Source: Phoronis australis
Taxonomy: Eukaryota > Animalia > Phoronida
Assembly: GCA_002633005.1 (NCBI GenBank)
Contig: NMRA01000259.1
Coordinates: 98,715-162,714 of the forward strand
Length of the DNA: 64,000 nucleotides
Reading direction: 5' to 3'
Shown: piece by piece, positions 61,746-64,000 of the stretch
How positions within the stretch are numbered: position 1 is the first letter of the stretch
How the letters are laid out: every line of letters starts with the position of its first letter
Notes under the pieces: model-generated
Seen by the model: the letters and a program-made list of their open reading frames with translations, nothing else
The model's database searches: none
What the model was told of the DNA's origin: nothing
Program-made: the position numbers and the translations under genes

Positions 61746-62009
61746 ATGTCACCCAAGGTCATCGTGTTATCGCATTGTTCTTGTCAACCAATAGTGGTAT
61801 TCCTGTTTGCCGTCGGCGCGCTGGTGGCTGGACACCCAAAGAAGCACGAAACAAAGGATGTCCCTCAAACTTTAGCGACAAAAACGCGTAAAAACTTGAT
61901 GAAGTTGAAGGGTAAGTCAAACCTGATCTTCCCGACCTGCTACGAGTGCAAGAGGAGCGAGGAGCCAAGCGAGTGCGAGAAGACTATCACACAGTGTCTC
62001 CCTAACGAA
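61746..62009 (+). CDS. First coding exon of a tandem paralogous secreted three-finger protein (partial gene)
   Basis: MSPKVIVLSHCSCQPIVVFLFAVGALVAG...LMKLKGKSNLIFPTCYECKRSEEPSECEKTITQCLPNE|gtaagt, with the same intron position as exon 40428-40656. Acceptor at 61719/61720. Confidence 0.88.
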
Positions 62010-62390
62010 GTAAGTGTTTTGGTTGGTTCTCGTCAGTTATTTCATTTACTCCTTCGGTTAAACTATTCAAGCATGTATTTCGAATTTCCCTTCCTGTTTA
62101 CGTAAAGCTGGGAATGCTGCGCGCGCATACTAGAAGTTAATTTTGATCGATCGTGTTACGTTCGCATTCGTAATATTGTCTAAGATTACTTATATATGCC
62201 CATAAAAAAGCTAGAAATTAAGCATATGTGGCAACATGTGAAACAAATAAGGAAAATCAAGCATAAAAATGATTTTATTTTAAACACGTTCTGTAAAACA
62301 CTTGTATATTACATAATAGTTGGCGTTATCTTGTACTCAATTCAAGTTTAAATATTAAATCTAAAGTAAGCTTAATTACGATTGGTTGCC

Positions 62391-62688
62391 NNNNNNNNNN
62401 NNNNNNNNNNNNNNNNNNNNNNNNNNNNNNNNNNNNNNNNNNNNNNNNNNNNNNNNNNNNNNNNNNNNNNNNNNNNNNNNNNNNNNNNNNNNNNNNNNNN
62501 NNNNNNNNNNNNNNNNNNNNNNNNNNNNNNNNNNNNNNNNNNNNNNNNNNNNNNNNNNNNNNNNNNNNNNNNNNNNNNNNNNNNNNNNNNNNNNNNNNNN
62601 NNNNNNNNNNNNNNNNNNNNNNNNNNNNNNNNNNNNNNNNNNNNNNNNNNNNNNNNNNNNNNNNNNNNNNNNNNNNNNNNNNNNNNNN
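62391..62688. other. Assembly gap
   Basis: Run of N. Confidence 1.
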
Positions 62689-62992
62689 CTCCTCCCCTCT
62701 CCCCCTCCCCCTTCTCTCTCCAGCTTTACGAAGCCTCTCTAGTTCCCACAATTCATCACTTCGGACATGCGCTGGGGGAACCGTGAATTGATGAGCAAGG
62801 GTGACGGGAGCACCAACAGACGACGACAGTCATACAAGTACGGGCAAATGGATGCATGTTTTTATTAGTAATTTACCATTTTAGATATGTTCCACTCAAT
62901 ATGACCTAGTGAACGGAACAGTGGTTACAACGAAAGGGTGTTCAAACAAATGGGTACGTAAACTTAGAACTCTAAGGTTCTACCTGATGAGA

Positions 62993-63271
62993 CCAGGGGC
63001 TTGTTTCATGAAAGAGGCTTATGACAGAAATTTGGTCTTGCGCTCTAACTGTTTCTGAAAAGCAATGCAAACTCACTTTAGTAAACGAATACTGTATCTG
63101 GGCAAATACTGTACGCGCAACTGCTTACTGAGAAAAGTTGATCAAATGATTTGCAGTCAATGGTGTGCCAATAGTTACACGAATAAACCTTTGTTTGGTA
63201 CTTTTGAAAGGGGAGCGTAAAACAAAATTCTGTTTTTGGTCTTAGGGCACTTTTCATGAAACACGCCCTAG
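62993..63271. mobile_element. MITE
   Basis: CCAGGGGCTTGTTTCATGAAAG matches the 3' reverse complement CTAGGGCGTGTTTCATGAAAAG. Confidence 0.65.
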
Positions 63272-64000
63272 AAGTTCTAGACGCAGTAGTAAAATTTTAA
63301 AGTTTGCTTAAAAGGAATCCAGCACTGGGTTACTCATATTTGTGAAATGCCGCTGTTTCTAACCGCGGTGTGCATTTCCCAAACACTGGGGTATTTTCTG
63401 CAGATCTTCACTATATTTTTGTCATTCGACTACTTGTAATTCTTGTTTATTTAAGTTTGAAAATCATGAGCGTAAATTATCTATACTCGGTGCCGGTATT
63501 GGTGTAGCCTTGTTTACAAATTCTTACTTAATTAGTGAAATTACGTTGATTCATATTTCTGCACTTTATATATTGGAGCATGGATAAACATTCTTTTTCA
63601 CTTTTCGATGGTATTATTCTCCTTGTCGTGAATACTATAAACAGGACAAATGAGCAGTTTTGGACAAGTTTGCCGTGTCTTTAACATATGCGTTTAGAGG
63701 GTAAAGGCGAGGACGTCGAGGCAATAAAACCCAACAGAGAGACAATCGGCACTAAAATATATTAAAGTATCCCAACTTTCTTGTCGCCTCTGTCTTTTGT
63801 TAGTCATTAATGACCTTAATGTTTTTGACAGTCTAATTCTTTGAAACACTGTTGAACCGACAAGGACGATGCGTTAAGATGACTATAAACCAGCGTTTCG
63901 TCGAAGAAACTTAGTTTTGATTTAGATCACAGTATCTTTCATGGGCGGCGCAACACTGAAAACGTAGGGCTACATGTATAGCCCACCCAGCCCCCTATGA

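Overview
AT-rich, intron-containing animal genomic DNA, probably a marine invertebrate (inference from protein domain style and repeat content), with assembly gaps. From left to right: (1) a spliced, decayed Sola1-like/DUF7869 DDE transposase pseudogene (764-5592); (2) a giant inverted repeat of about 22.5 kb (arms ~7042-16803 and ~18832-29500 around a ~2 kb spacer), each arm carrying a nested foldback element, a ~390-bp satellite with a conserved GC-rich NotI core, and a tRNA-like cloverleaf; (3) a 9-exon plus-strand gene (37282-52046, ~511 aa, assembled by hand) for a secreted protein with a signal peptide, a 12-Cys three-finger (Ly6/uPAR-like) domain, a TSP1 repeat split by a ~100-aa basic insert, a Thr-rich mucin-like linker and a second 12-Cys three-finger-like domain; (4) in intron 3 of that gene, a 246-bp palindrome holding two mirror-image minimal hammerhead ribozyme motifs of the Penelope type; (5) the first coding exon of a tandem paralog (61746-62009). 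Many MITEs and transposon relics fill the rest. Most entries in the ORF track are spurious. All alignments were made by eye, so boundaries are approximate.
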